From positions 2,272,001 through 2,336,000 of the forward strand of contig CAUVXB020000001.1 in NCBI GenBank assembly GCA_963555825.3: a stretch of 64,000 nucleotides of DNA, in the 5' to 3' direction. Numbering within the stretch: position 1 is the first letter of the stretch; each line of letters starts with the position of its first letter. Positions 42,092 through 52,028 of the stretch are shown here, piece by piece. The notes below the pieces were generated by a model that worked only from the letters and a program-made list of their open reading frames with translations, ran no database searches and had not been told where the DNA came from. The DNA is from Alphaproteobacteria bacterium (GTDB taxonomy: Bacteria > Pseudomonadota > Alphaproteobacteria > JAAXGF01). The translations under genes and the position numbers were made by a program.

Positions 42092-42491
42092 CGCCGCGAC
42101 CTCCGCCGCCCCAAAGGGCCGGACGTCTCCGTCTTGGCCTCCAGCAGTTCCACCTGCATGATCAACTCCCCGATCCGCTTCATGGCGATGTCCAGTTCCG
42201 CCTTCACCGGATCGCCCTTGCGTTCCTTGAGCGAGGCATCGATCCCGGCGATCGCCTTCTCACGCCACTGCTCGAGCCGGAAAATCTCCACGCCCAACTG
42301 CCGCGACAAAAGTTCCACCGGCTCGCCACGCAAAAGCCGCAGGGCAACCTCACGCTTGCGCGTCACCGTCCACCGCTGGCCAAGTCCCAGAGGGCCTGCC
42401 GGCGAAACCTGGCCCGGGGAAAAGTGGACGAGCCGGCTCGCCCTCGTTTACCACAGGCCATCCGCAACTTTGTTCTCAAAATTGTCGGTCA
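42088..42491 (-). pseudogene. IS3-like OrfA of the first tandem copy, 5' part degraded
   Basis: Matches 43379-43810 at the 3' end; small deletions at 42400-42500. Confidence 0.75.
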
Positions 42492-42544
42492 CACTCCTTG
42501 GACACTTCGATGCCAAGGAAACGACACCCGACCTTGGAAGCCGC

Positions 42545-43382
42545 GGCGGGCCTGAGTGACATCGCGGTGTGCCACGCCTGCGAGCTTGTGTCCCTCGCCT
42601 GGGCATTGTCTGTTCCACCCGCGGACGGCGTTCCGAGCTGCGATGTTGCGGTAGATGCGGCCATGGGATCGAGCGTGCTTGAATCGGGACGCCGTTGGTC
42701 TGGGGCTGTTCGACGAAGGCGTAGGACGGCTGGATGCCAGAACTTGATCTGGTTGGTGAAGTGGTCCGACAGATACTGGGAGCCGTGATCCATCCGCAAG
42801 GCCAGCGGCGGAGGTCGAGGCATACAGCCTCGCAAGCCCCATGGAGATCGGCTGAAGGGCGGCGAAGCGGTCGCCTCGCTTGCACACATGCCAGCCGACG
42901 CACTCGGCGTTCCAATGCTCGATGGCGGTGAATATCCAGCCCCAGCCGTCGTCCACCGTGAACACCCGAACGCCGTCCGTGCCCCACATGAGGTTGGGGG
43001 CATGGGTGATGATCTCACCGACATGGGGATTTCCGCCACGGCGGCGGCAGCGATGGGGCGAGAGCAGGTTGTTCTCGCGCATCACCCGGAGCCCCCGCTT
43101 GCGGGAAACACGGATGCCACGACAGACCCGAAGCCGAGCCCAGACCTTGCGGTGTCCCTCGCCCTCCCAGGGGGATGCCTCCAGGTCGGCCTCGATGGCC
43201 ACCAGCAGAGCCTCGTCCGAGATCGAGGGCTTCGGTCCCCGGCGCTTTGCTGGTGGGCGCTCAGCGGTGGCCTGCTGCCGGGATTTCATGGCGTAGAACG
43301 AGGAACGGGCAAAACCCCAGGCCGCACAGACCCGCTGGAGGCCGTAGGCCAAACCCGTGCCGGGAGAGGTGGCGGCACTCAT
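42545..43382 (-). pseudogene. IS3-like OrfB of the second tandem copy, 3' part degraded
   Basis: Matches the 41180-42091 protein up to YASTSA, then many small deletions. Confidence 0.8.
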
Positions 43383-43810
43383 CGCCGCGACCTCCGCCGC
43401 CCCAAAGGGCCGGACGTCTCCGTCTTGGCCTCCAGCAGTTCCACCTGCATGATCAACTCCCCGATCCGCTTCATGGCGATGTCCAGTTCCGCCTTCACCG
43501 GATCGCCCTTGCGTTCCTTGAGCGAGGCATCGATCCCGGCGATCGCCTTCTCACGCCACTGCTCGAGCCGGAAAATCTCCACGCCCAACTGCCGCGACAA
43601 AAGTTCCACCGGCTCGCCACGCAAAAGCCGCAGGGCAACCTCACGCTTGCGCGTCACCGTCCACCGCTGGCCAAGTCCCAGCGGGCCTGCCGGCGAAACC
43701 TGGCCCGGGGAAAACGTGGACGAGCCAAGCTCGCCCTCGTTTACCACAGGCCCATCAACAGCAACTTTGTTCTCAAAATTGTCGGTCATGTTCCGGTCCT
43801 CCTTGGACAC
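43379..43810 (-). CDS. IS3-like OrfA (HTH + coiled coil)
   Basis: RKREVALRLLRGE...RLEQWRE, KRIGELIMQVELL; stop overlaps the OrfB start (ATGA). Confidence 0.88.
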   Translation of the reverse strand: MSKEDRNMTDNFENKVAVDGPVVNEGELGSSTFSPGQVSPAGPLGLGQRWTVTRKREVALRLLRGEPVELLSRQLGVEIFRLEQWREKAIAGIDASLKERKGDPVKAELDIAMKRIGELIMQVELLEAKTETSGPLGRRRSRR

Positions 43811-43967
43811 TTCGATTAAGCCAATTCTGTGTCCAAGGAAATCGGGTCCGACTCACAGTCAATACTGTCGATACTGCGAGCGACGCTGTGGGAAACGTAC
43901 GTGAAAGTTCGCGCCCGGCGCAGTGTGTCGACGTCGAGAGTCCGATCACCTGCGTCAGGATGACAAG

Positions 43968-44435
43968 ATGCTCCGCAAATTAGCCACCATCATCGGCGTT
44001 GCGATGCTTTTCGCGCTGCCGGCGAGCGCCGAGAATGACAGCATCGAGGTCGCCATCAACAAGGCCCATCTCATTCAGCTCGACGTGGATGCGAACGTCG
44101 TGTTGATCGCCAATCCGGAGATCGCCGACGTCGCCGTCGAATCGCCACGCGTCATTTTCCTGCTCGGTAAGGCGCCCGGCGAAACGTCGCTCTTCATTCT
44201 CGATGCAGATGGCAACGATTTGGTGCGCGCCGAGGTCATCGTCACTGCCGATATCGGCGGCCCGGCCGAGCCGATGGCGGACATGATGACCAGTTCCGAA
44301 CCGATGCCGATGATGACGTCTGGATCTTCGGCGCCGAAGTCGAAGGAGCGCGACGTGACGATCTATCGCAACGTCAGTTCGGAGACGACCGTGACCTGCT
44401 CGCCCGAATGCGGAGGGTCCGGAAGCACGCAATAG
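43968..44435 (+). CDS. Exported pilus-formation N-terminal domain protein (secretin N-domain-like)
   Basis: Signal peptide; VLIANPEIADV...LLGKAPGETSLFILD parallels the CpaC N-domain; C-terminal CSPEC. Confidence 0.82.
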   Translation: MLRKLATIIGVAMLFALPASAENDSIEVAINKAHLIQLDVDANVVLIANPEIADVAVESPRVIFLLGKAPGETSLFILDADGNDLVRAEVIVTADIGGPAEPMADMMTSSEPMPMMTSGSSAPKSKERDVTIYRNVSSETTVTCSPECGGSGSTQ

Positions 44436-44565
44436 AGTTAGCGCAAAGGTTGGTTGGGCGGCGCCGCACAGGAAATCTGCGTCAACAGCAGACGGCGCCT
44501 CGTATCGCGAACATCAGACGACTTCGCATCGACGCCAGCCACGGTATCGGGGGGATGGTTAGCCA

Positions 44566-45432
44566 ATGAAAGTTCTCGTCGCTTCGAGCGACAGGTTGTT
44601 CGCCAGATTGGCTGCCAAGAAGCTCGAGAGCTGGGGCCATCGCATCACCGCGACGTACGACGGCAACGAGGCCCTCGATCAAATCAAGCGTGAGCCCTAT
44701 CGTATCGTCATCGCCGATTGGGACTTGGCGGGCATCACCGGGCCCGAGCTGTGCGTGAAGATCCGCGAACTCAAGCGCACCCGCTACACCTATGTCATCA
44801 TCTATGAGAAGGCCCACGATGCGGCAGACCACGATGCCGACAAGGACCAGCTGATGACCGGCCTGCAGGCCGGCGCCGACGATTATCTGAGCCGGCCGTT
44901 CAATCCACTCGAACTGCAGCTACGGCTCAAGAACGCCAAGCGCCTGCTCAACCTCGAGGACGAGTTGCGCGAGGGCCCGGGCACCGACACGATGACCGGA
45001 GTCGTGAACCAATCGAGCTTCCGCCAGTTCTTCCGCGTGATCCTAGCCGAAACCGAGCGATCGAAGGCGCGCGGCGCGCTGATGTACGTCCGCGTCGACA
45101 ACTTCCAGGAAGGTTTCGCGGCCCATGGTTACTCGCCGATGCAAAAGCTGATGGTCGAGATCGCCAAGATCCTCGAACGGACGCGCCGCGACAGCGACCT
45201 CGTTTCGAAGACGTCGGAGGACGAATTCTGCCTGATGCTGCAGACCACTTATTGGGACAAGTGCGAAGGCGTCGCCGAGAAGATCATGCTTCAGACGAGG
45301 AATCTGTCGGTCATCATCGACGACATCGAGCTGCGCGCCGAGATCAGCATCAGCACGGTCAACTTCCCGATCGATGAAATGTCGTCGGACGACGTTCTCG
45401 CCAGCACCGACCGCATCCCCTACCAGCCGTAG
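44566..45432 (+). CDS. Response regulator with degenerate GGDEF domain
   Basis: REC (IADW, GADDYL..PF) + DTMTGV, RDSD-LVSKT-SEDEF. Confidence 0.85.
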   Translation: MKVLVASSDRLFARLAAKKLESWGHRITATYDGNEALDQIKREPYRIVIADWDLAGITGPELCVKIRELKRTRYTYVIIYEKAHDAADHDADKDQLMTGLQAGADDYLSRPFNPLELQLRLKNAKRLLNLEDELREGPGTDTMTGVVNQSSFRQFFRVILAETERSKARGALMYVRVDNFQEGFAAHGYSPMQKLMVEIAKILERTRRDSDLVSKTSEDEFCLMLQTTYWDKCEGVAEKIMLQTRNLSVIIDDIELRAEISISTVNFPIDEMSSDDVLASTDRIPYQP

Positions 45433-45436
45433 CCGT

Positions 45437-46018
45437 CTACGGCGGGGTGATGGCCTCGGTGGCGCGAAGCGCGGAGGTCGAGAACGCCGGTAAAGTTATC
45501 GTCGACGGCACGCCCGGCAGGATATCGAGCACAATCAACGGGTGGGTGACTCCGGTCAGAGTGACGGTGACCAGCGCCGTGACGACACCGGTGAGGGACG
45601 CGGCGTCGATGCCGCTGGCGACATAGCCGATCTGGATGTTGTTGTTCGTGATGTCAGGGAAGACCGCCGTCATGGCGTTTCTCATCGCCGCGAAGTTGTT
45701 GCCGGCGCCACTATCCACGGTACTGCCCGTACAGGACACGGCTCCATTGGCGATCGCCGAACAGAAGAAACTGTTCGTCCGCAACGAGTTCATTGAACCG
45801 AGCGGAGTTTGGATCAGGGACAGACGGCTGCCGCGCCGCGTCGCCTCGCTGGCGCGGTGGTAATCGAACAGGATCAGCCCGAACTCGAGAACACCGATGG
45901 TGAAAACAAGAAGCGCCGGGAGGATCAAGGCGAATTCGATCGCCACCGCGCCGTCGTCGCGGCGGGCGAATCGCCGCAGGAACCGTCCACGTTCAGTTGC
46001 CGATGTATGCTTGCTCAT
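45437..46018 (-). CDS. tadE: TadE-like pseudopilin
   Basis: GAVAIEFALILP, ATRRGSR. Confidence 0.88.
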   Translation of the reverse strand: MSKHTSATERGRFLRRFARRDDGAVAIEFALILPALLVFTIGVLEFGLILFDYHRASEATRRGSRLSLIQTPLGSMNSLRTNSFFCSAIANGAVSCTGSTVDSGAGNNFAAMRNAMTAVFPDITNNNIQIGYVASGIDAASLTGVVTALVTVTLTGVTHPLIVLDILPGVPSTITLPAFSTSALRATEAITPP

Positions 46019-46463
46019 GATCCACGACGATGTTGAAGGAACTGAGGCCGGCGAATGTAAAGAGACCCGGTATTAGCGGGGTATACGGCACCGTCGCGAC
46101 GACCCTGATGACGTCCAGGCCGGTGACGCCGCCGCCGGAGTAGGTCCGCACCACGTCGATAACGACGTCCGCGCCCGTAACCGACCAGCCGTCCACCAAA
46201 AAGGGCGCGGTGCCTGCGGTATTGCCGTATTTGACGAGGTTCTTGACGCTCGTCGTCTGCGCGGCGGTGATCGGGTTGTCGCTGCGCACGGCCAGCCCGA
46301 CGCCGGCGCGGACGCCCTTTTCGACCGCGTTGGACTGCGCCAGCACGCGGCCGAATTCGATCGCGCCGAGCAGGAACAGCATGAACAGCGGGACGAGCAG
46401 GCCGAACTCGATCGCCGCGGCGCCGCGGCGATCGCGCCCGAGCCTATTGAATAAGTTGAGCAT
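45993..46463 (-). CDS. tadE: TadE-like pseudopilin
   Basis: RRGAAAIEFGLLVP, GVRAG. Confidence 0.88.
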   Translation of the reverse strand: MLNLFNRLGRDRRGAAAIEFGLLVPLFMLFLLGAIEFGRVLAQSNAVEKGVRAGVGLAVRSDNPITAAQTTSVKNLVKYGNTAGTAPFLVDGWSVTGADVVIDVVRTYSGGGVTGLDVIRVVATVPYTPLIPGLFTFAGLSSFNIVVDHEQAYIGN

Positions 46464-46561
46464 TGTTGATGATCGTCGTTGAGTTGGCGACGGTGCGAGA
46501 TCGGATGACCTCGAGGTGAGTCGGACCCGATTTCCTTGGACACAGAATTGGCTTAATCGAA

Positions 46562-46993
46562 GTGTCCAAGGAGGACCGGAACATGACCGACAATTTTGAG
46601 AACAAAGTTGCTGTTGATGGGCCTGTGGTAAACGAGGGCGAGCTTGGCTCGTCCACGTTTTCCCCGGGCCAGGTTTCGCCGGCAGGCCCGCTGGGACTTG
46701 GCCAGCGGTGGACGGTGACGCGCAAGCGTGAGGTTGCCCTGCGGCTTTTGCGTGGCGAGCCGGTGGAACTTTTGTCGCGGCAGTTGGGCGTGGAGATTTT
46801 CCGGCTCGAGCAGTGGCGTGAGAAGGCGATCGCCGGGATCGATGCCTCGCTCAAGGAACGCAAGGGCGATCCGGTGAAGGCGGAACTGGACATCGCCATG
46901 AAGCGGATCGGGGAGTTGATCATGCAGGTGGAACTGCTGGAGGCCAAGACGGAGACGTCCGGCCCTTTGGGGCGGCGGAGGTCGCGGCGATGA
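46562..46993 (+). CDS. IS3-like OrfA
   Basis: Same protein as 43379-43810. Confidence 0.88.
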   Translation: MSKEDRNMTDNFENKVAVDGPVVNEGELGSSTFSPGQVSPAGPLGLGQRWTVTRKREVALRLLRGEPVELLSRQLGVEIFRLEQWREKAIAGIDASLKERKGDPVKAELDIAMKRIGELIMQVELLEAKTETSGPLGRRRSRR

Positions 46994-47901
46994 GTGCCGC
47001 CACCTCTCCCGGCACGGGTTTGGCCTACGGCCTCCAGCGGGTCTGTGCGGCCTGGAGTTTTGCCCGTTCCTCGTTCTACGCCATGAAATCCCGGCAGCAG
47101 GCCACCGCTGAGCGCCCACCAGCAAAGCGCCGGGGACCGAAGCCCTCGATCTCGGACGAGGCTCTGCTGGTGGCCATCGAGGCCGACCTGGAGGCATCCC
47201 CCTGGGAGGGCGAGGGACACCGCAAGGTCTGGGCTCGGCTTCGGGTCTGTCGTGGCATCCGTGTTTCCCGCAAGCGGGGGCTCCGGGTGATGCGCGAGAA
47301 CAACCTGCTCTCGCCCCATCGCTGCCGCCGCCGTGGCGGAAATCCCCATGTCGGTGAGATCATCACCCATGCCCCCAACCTCATGTGGGGCACGGACGGC
47401 GTTCGGGTGTTCACGGTGGACGACGGCTGGGGCTGGATATTCACCGCCATCGAGCATTGGAACGCCGAGTGCGTCGGCTGGCATGTGTGCAAGCGAGGCG
47501 ACCGCTTCGCCGCCCTTCAGCCGATCTCCATGGGGCTTGCGAGGCTGTATGCCTCGACCTCCGCCGGTGCGGCGCGGGGGCTGGCCTTGCGGATGGATCA
47601 CGGCTCCCAGTATCTGTCGGACCACTTCACCAACCAGATCAAGTTCTGGGGCATCCAGCCGTCCTACGCCTTCGTCGAACAGCCCCAGACCAACGGCGTC
47701 GCCGAGAGGTTCAATCGCACGCTCAAGGAACAGATCATCCATGGCCGCATCTACCGCAACATCGCGGAGCTGCGGAACGCCGTCCGCGGGTTCGTCGAAC
47801 AGTACAATGCCCAGTGGATCGTGGAGAAGAACGGCTACCTGAGCCCCGCTCAAGCTCGTCAGGCGTGGCACACCGCGATGTCACTCAGGCCCGCCGCATG
47901 A
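46990..47901 (+). CDS. IS3-like OrfB DDE transposase
   Basis: Differs from 41180-42091 by one residue (WSFAR vs WGFAR). Confidence 0.92.
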   Translation: MSAATSPGTGLAYGLQRVCAAWSFARSSFYAMKSRQQATAERPPAKRRGPKPSISDEALLVAIEADLEASPWEGEGHRKVWARLRVCRGIRVSRKRGLRVMRENNLLSPHRCRRRGGNPHVGEIITHAPNLMWGTDGVRVFTVDDGWGWIFTAIEHWNAECVGWHVCKRGDRFAALQPISMGLARLYASTSAGAARGLALRMDHGSQYLSDHFTNQIKFWGIQPSYAFVEQPQTNGVAERFNRTLKEQIIHGRIYRNIAELRNAVRGFVEQYNAQWIVEKNGYLSPAQARQAWHTAMSLRPAA

Positions 47902-49733
47902 GACAAACTTGTGTCCAAGGAACCGGGTGCGATACAGGATGACCTCGAGGTAGATGGTGAAATCACTCGGGTCGCCGGCGGGTTCGGTGAGGAACATGTC
48001 GACGATGTCGATGAAGTCATAGTCGATGAATGTCGTGCCCCCCACTGGAACCGCCGGGCAATCGACGACCGCCACCCTGAAGACTCGCCGCCGCGGGTCG
48101 GCCGGATCGGGGACCGGCGTGGTCACCGGCACGCCGCTGTCCGGAAGGTTCACCCCCGGCGGGTTGATCGTGGTGAACGTCGCGGGTATATCGACGGCAT
48201 CTCCGTCGTCGTCGACCAACGGATAGATCGTCCGGCAATCCGTCCCGCCGCCGCCGCTCGCGCAATTGGTATTGTCGCGCGCGAAGTCTTCGTCGAGTTC
48301 GTAGAGATACATCTGGTAGCGGGTATAGTTCACCAGATCGGTTACCGCCTGGGCCGTTATCAACCCGTCGCCCACGTGCTCGGTATTCCAGTACGTCGTC
48401 GGGTCCCAATCTGCGTCGCCGATATAGGGCGTGGCTACGGTGATGAATTTCGCATCGCGCGGATACGTGACGATGTTCTCCGCCGGGTTCCTTATGGCAG
48501 CGGGGCCTACGTCGAAGCGCGAGTTGATGCCACGGTTGACTTGTTGCGCGGCGATGCCGGTCTTGGTCTGGATCCCCAGCCCCGAGCAGGCAGAATTACC
48601 GACTGCCGCCAAGAGGTCCCGCACATCCGGAGCGCCGCAGTCGCCGGGGGCGAGCGACAAACAAACCAGGGCGAAGTTGCCGGCCGCCGGCGATCCGGAC
48701 GGATTCCTGAGCTGAACCTGCTGGCCGGCGCTGGTGTCAGCACGGAGGTCCGTATTGTAGGGGGAGCCCTCGCCGTTGCACGCCATCAGCGCGGGCGGGT
48801 CGCAGATGACCGGCGCCGAAACGCAGGCCGCCGTCGCATCGACGTCCGAGAAGCTCCGTGCCGACGCGCTGCTGAGCGCCGCCAATGCGGGTTGCAACAA
48901 CAGCGCCACGGGGCGCGAAACGAGCGTCACCCGCATCGCCAGCGCGCTCGCGTCGACCGTCGTGGTGCCCGTCAGGGTGGAGTCGGTGTAGAAAATGATG
49001 CCGTTCGTCCCCGTCCCGATGGTAATCGCGTCGGTGCCCGACGTGACGTTATAATCGCTCTTCGGCACCGTTGCGTTGCGCGCGACCGCGTCGGCGCGCG
49101 TCGTCGCGCCGGATTGACCGTCGAGCTGGATCGAGGCCGACAGGCACGCCGCCGTCGGCGGCGTTCTGCATCTGGGAACGCACGACGGCGAGGCGGCCGA
49201 CATCGAGGGCCAGGACCAGGGCGCCCATCAACGCCACGCCGGCGAACGCGACATAGATCGCGACCGCGCCACCGGCGACCGCGCCACCGGCGGCCGCGCC
49301 GAAATCGCCAAGCCGCTTGACCAACCCGTTTAGGGACATGCGGGGAATTACCATGCTTCTCCTAACCTAATGCCGACACTATGGCACGACGCATCCGGCG
49401 GTGCTCAAGTGCTGACGTTCCGGCGAATACGATCATCGTGTCGTCCGTTTCCGTGCGTCGATCGGCGGTTTCCGCACCGCGAAACTCTTCTCCGACGATC
49501 GCCTGCCCCTCGCGCACAACAATTGGGCAGGCCGCCATCACGGTGGACCGCACCGGCGGGTCACCGTCCCCCGATGACCCCAGGCAAAACCTGGACAAAC
49601 ACACGCGCAGCGCATTTTTTATAGCAAGAATCGCCGAATTTTTCAAGTGGCAGCCGTCACACCTGACGGCAATTAATCCCGATGGCGCCGGCGACGGGCC
49701 ACTGACGCCGACGCCGGGGCACTGGCGCGACGG

Positions 49734-49763
49734 CTTGCCATTGGCTACACTAGGCCCAACATA
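49734..49763 (+). promoter_or_regulatory. Possible RpoH-type promoter upstream of the nfu gene
   Basis: CTTG-N18-CCAACATA resembles the alphaproteobacterial heat-shock consensus. Confidence 0.3.
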
Positions 49764-49799
49764 GTGCGCAATGCGGTCACAACAGCCCGAGCCGACGCC

Positions 49800-50648
49800 A
49801 TGTTCATCCAAACCGAAGCCACCAACGACCCACAGTCGATGCGTTTCCTGCCCGGACGCGACGTCACCGGCGCAAGCGCTGTGACCTTCGCGGATGCGGC
49901 CGACGCGGCGCGCTCGCCGCTTGCCGAGCGGCTGCTCGGCGTCGATGGCATCACCACAGTCGTGCTGGGCGCTGGCGACATCACCGTGACCAAGACCGGC
50001 GACGGCGACTGGCAGGCGCTCAAACCCGCCATCCTGCGCGCCATCATGGAGCACTTCACGAGTGACGAGCCGATTTTCCTGGCCGGCGCGGAGCCCGAAT
50101 TCGTTGGCGACGCCGACGACGACATCGCCGCGCAAATCCGCGAGCTGATCGACACGCGCATCTATCCTGCGGTCGTGCAGGGCGGCGGCGGCATCGCCTT
50201 TCGCGGCTATGAGAACGGCGTCGTTCTGCTCGATCTCGAGGGCGCCGCGGTCGGCCTCAAACACGGCATCGAGAACATGCTGCGCCACTACGTACCCGAG
50301 GTGACCGACGTGCAGTCCTACGAAGACTACGCGCGCATGAAAAAGCCGGGAATGAACACACCCGCGGCGATCGAGATTCGCCGCCTGCTCGACGACGAGA
50401 TCAACCCGTCGGTCGCGGCCCATGGCGGCCATATCGCCCTGATCGACGTCACCCCCGATACCGCCTACATCCGCCTCGAGGGCGGCTGCCAGGGCTGCGG
50501 CATGGCCGACGTGACGCTCAAACAGGGTATCGAGGTCGCGATCAAGAAGGCCGTGCCGTCGATCATCGCCGTGCTCGACACGACCGATCACGCCGACGGT
50601 GCGAACCCGTACTTCCAGCCCGGCAAGAGCGGGGTCAGCCCGTTCTGA
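49800..50648 (+). CDS. NifU/Nfu-family Fe-S carrier (Nfu_N + two NifU_C domains)
   Basis: MFIQTE..DP.SMRFLPG; IYPAVVQGGG (no CxxC); INPSVAAHGG...GGCQGCG. Confidence 0.88.
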   Translation: MFIQTEATNDPQSMRFLPGRDVTGASAVTFADAADAARSPLAERLLGVDGITTVVLGAGDITVTKTGDGDWQALKPAILRAIMEHFTSDEPIFLAGAEPEFVGDADDDIAAQIRELIDTRIYPAVVQGGGGIAFRGYENGVVLLDLEGAAVGLKHGIENMLRHYVPEVTDVQSYEDYARMKKPGMNTPAAIEIRRLLDDEINPSVAAHGGHIALIDVTPDTAYIRLEGGCQGCGMADVTLKQGIEVAIKKAVPSIIAVLDTTDHADGANPYFQPGKSGVSPF

Positions 50649-50679
50649 ACGGGTCCGCGCGGCCGGGCCGCGGCGTGCG

Positions 50680-51924
50680 ATGACGCGTCTTCTCCTGCTG
50701 ATCCCGACGACGTCGTACCGGACCGCTGATTTCGTCGGCGCGGCGCATGCGCTGGACGTCGAGGTCGCCGTCGGCTCGAACCAGCGGCCGGTGCTCGAGG
50801 CGTTCACCGACGGCGCCACGCTCGAGGTCGAATTCGGCGATCTCGACGCCGGCGTCGCGCAGATCGAGGCCTACGCGCGCGACTATCCGCTGGCCGCCAT
50901 CGTCGGCGTCGACGATGTGACCGCCCTGCTCGCCGCGACCGCGGCCGCCGCGCTCGGCCTGCCGCACAACCCACCCGACGCAGTGGCGACGACGACCAAC
51001 AAGTACCGCCTGCGCACGGCGCTCGCCAACTCGGGACTGCCCGCGCCCTCCTTCCGCCTGCTCTCGCTCGACGACGACGCGGCGGACGCCGCCGTCGGGG
51101 CGCCCTACCCCTGCGTCCTAAAGCCGCTTTCGCTGGCGGCGAGCCGGGGCGTCATCCGCGCCGACGACGCGGCGCAATTCGTCGCCGCCGCAGAGCGCAT
51201 CGCCCGCATCCTCGCGGCGCCGGACGTCGCGCCGCTTGGCGAGACCGCGCGGCAGATCCTTATCGAGAGCTATATTCCGGGCGTCGAAGTCGCGCTCGAG
51301 GGCCTGCTCGTCGACGGCGCGCTTCACGTCCTCGCGCTGTTCGACAAGCCAGACCCGCTCGAGGGACCGTTCTTCGAGGAAACCATCTATACGACACCGT
51401 CGCGCCTGGCCGAGGCCGACCAACAGGCGATCGTCGAAGCGACACGGCGCGCCGTCGCCGCGGTCGGGCTGCGCGACGGCCCGATCCACGCCGAGCTGCG
51501 CGTCAACGAGCGCGGCCCCTGGGTGATCGAGATCGCCGCGCGTTCGATCGGCGGCCTGTGCGCGCGCGTGCTGCGCTTCGGCGCCGGCGTGAGCCTCGAG
51601 GACCTGATCCTGCGCCACGCAATCGGTCTGGAGATCGTGACGCTCGAGCGCGAGCGACGCCCGGCCGGCGTCATGATGCTGCCGATTCCCGACGCCGGGA
51701 CCTTACGCGCGGTGGCTGGCGTCGACGCGGCGCGCGCGGTCGCGGGCGTCGACGGCGTCACCATTACGCTGCCGATCGGGCAGGCGGCCGTGCCGCTGCC
51801 CGAGGGCAACAAGTATCTCGGCTTCATCTTCGCCCACGGCGCCTCCCCGAACGAGGTCGAGGCGACGCTGCGCGAGGCGCACGGTTATCTCGACGTCACG
51901 ATCGATCGCCGCGACGAGGCCTGA
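50680..51924 (+). CDS. ATP-grasp ligase family protein
   Basis: NKYRLR, VLKP...ASRGV, ESYIPG.EV, HAELR, IEIAARSIGG. Confidence 0.88.
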   Translation: MTRLLLLIPTTSYRTADFVGAAHALDVEVAVGSNQRPVLEAFTDGATLEVEFGDLDAGVAQIEAYARDYPLAAIVGVDDVTALLAATAAAALGLPHNPPDAVATTTNKYRLRTALANSGLPAPSFRLLSLDDDAADAAVGAPYPCVLKPLSLAASRGVIRADDAAQFVAAAERIARILAAPDVAPLGETARQILIESYIPGVEVALEGLLVDGALHVLALFDKPDPLEGPFFEETIYTTPSRLAEADQQAIVEATRRAVAAVGLRDGPIHAELRVNERGPWVIEIAARSIGGLCARVLRFGAGVSLEDLILRHAIGLEIVTLERERRPAGVMMLPIPDAGTLRAVAGVDAARAVAGVDGVTITLPIGQAAVPLPEGNKYLGFIFAHGASPNEVEATLREAHGYLDVTIDRRDEA

Positions 51925-52028
51925 CGCACGGTCGCACGGTTCGCCACGACGCGCCATAATCTGCTAAACAATGCGCTGACGCACTGCGACAGTGGACCGA
52001 AGGACGCCAGAGGCGACATGACGGGTAG

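Larger units (their letters stand above)
41145..43855 (-). mobile_element. Head-to-tail tandem of an IS3-like element with a degraded internal junction and 14-bp TSD
   Basis: Ends TGTATCGCACCCGGTTCCTTGGACAC and GTGTCCAAGGAAATCGGGTCCGACTCA; CAGTCAATACTGTC at 41131-41144 and 43856-43869. Confidence 0.88.
46517..47936 (+). mobile_element. Complete 1420-bp IS3-like element with 14-bp TSD
   Basis: TG...CA ends with imperfect IRs; GGATGACCTCGAGG at 46503-46516 and 47937-47950. Confidence 0.93.
46444..49354 (-). pseudogene. tadG: TadG-like pilus protein, frameshifted near 49150 and interrupted by an IS3-like element near its 3' end
   Basis: GAVAIYVA...LALDVG...QMQNAAD motif; C-terminus YLEVI|RSRTVANSTTIINNAQLIQ resumes beyond the IS. 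Confidence 0.82.

Noticed and set aside
49263-49292. 15-bp tandem duplication (GGAVA x2) in the tadG leader
   Set aside because: An in-frame slippage duplication in an already disrupted gene; no evidence of function
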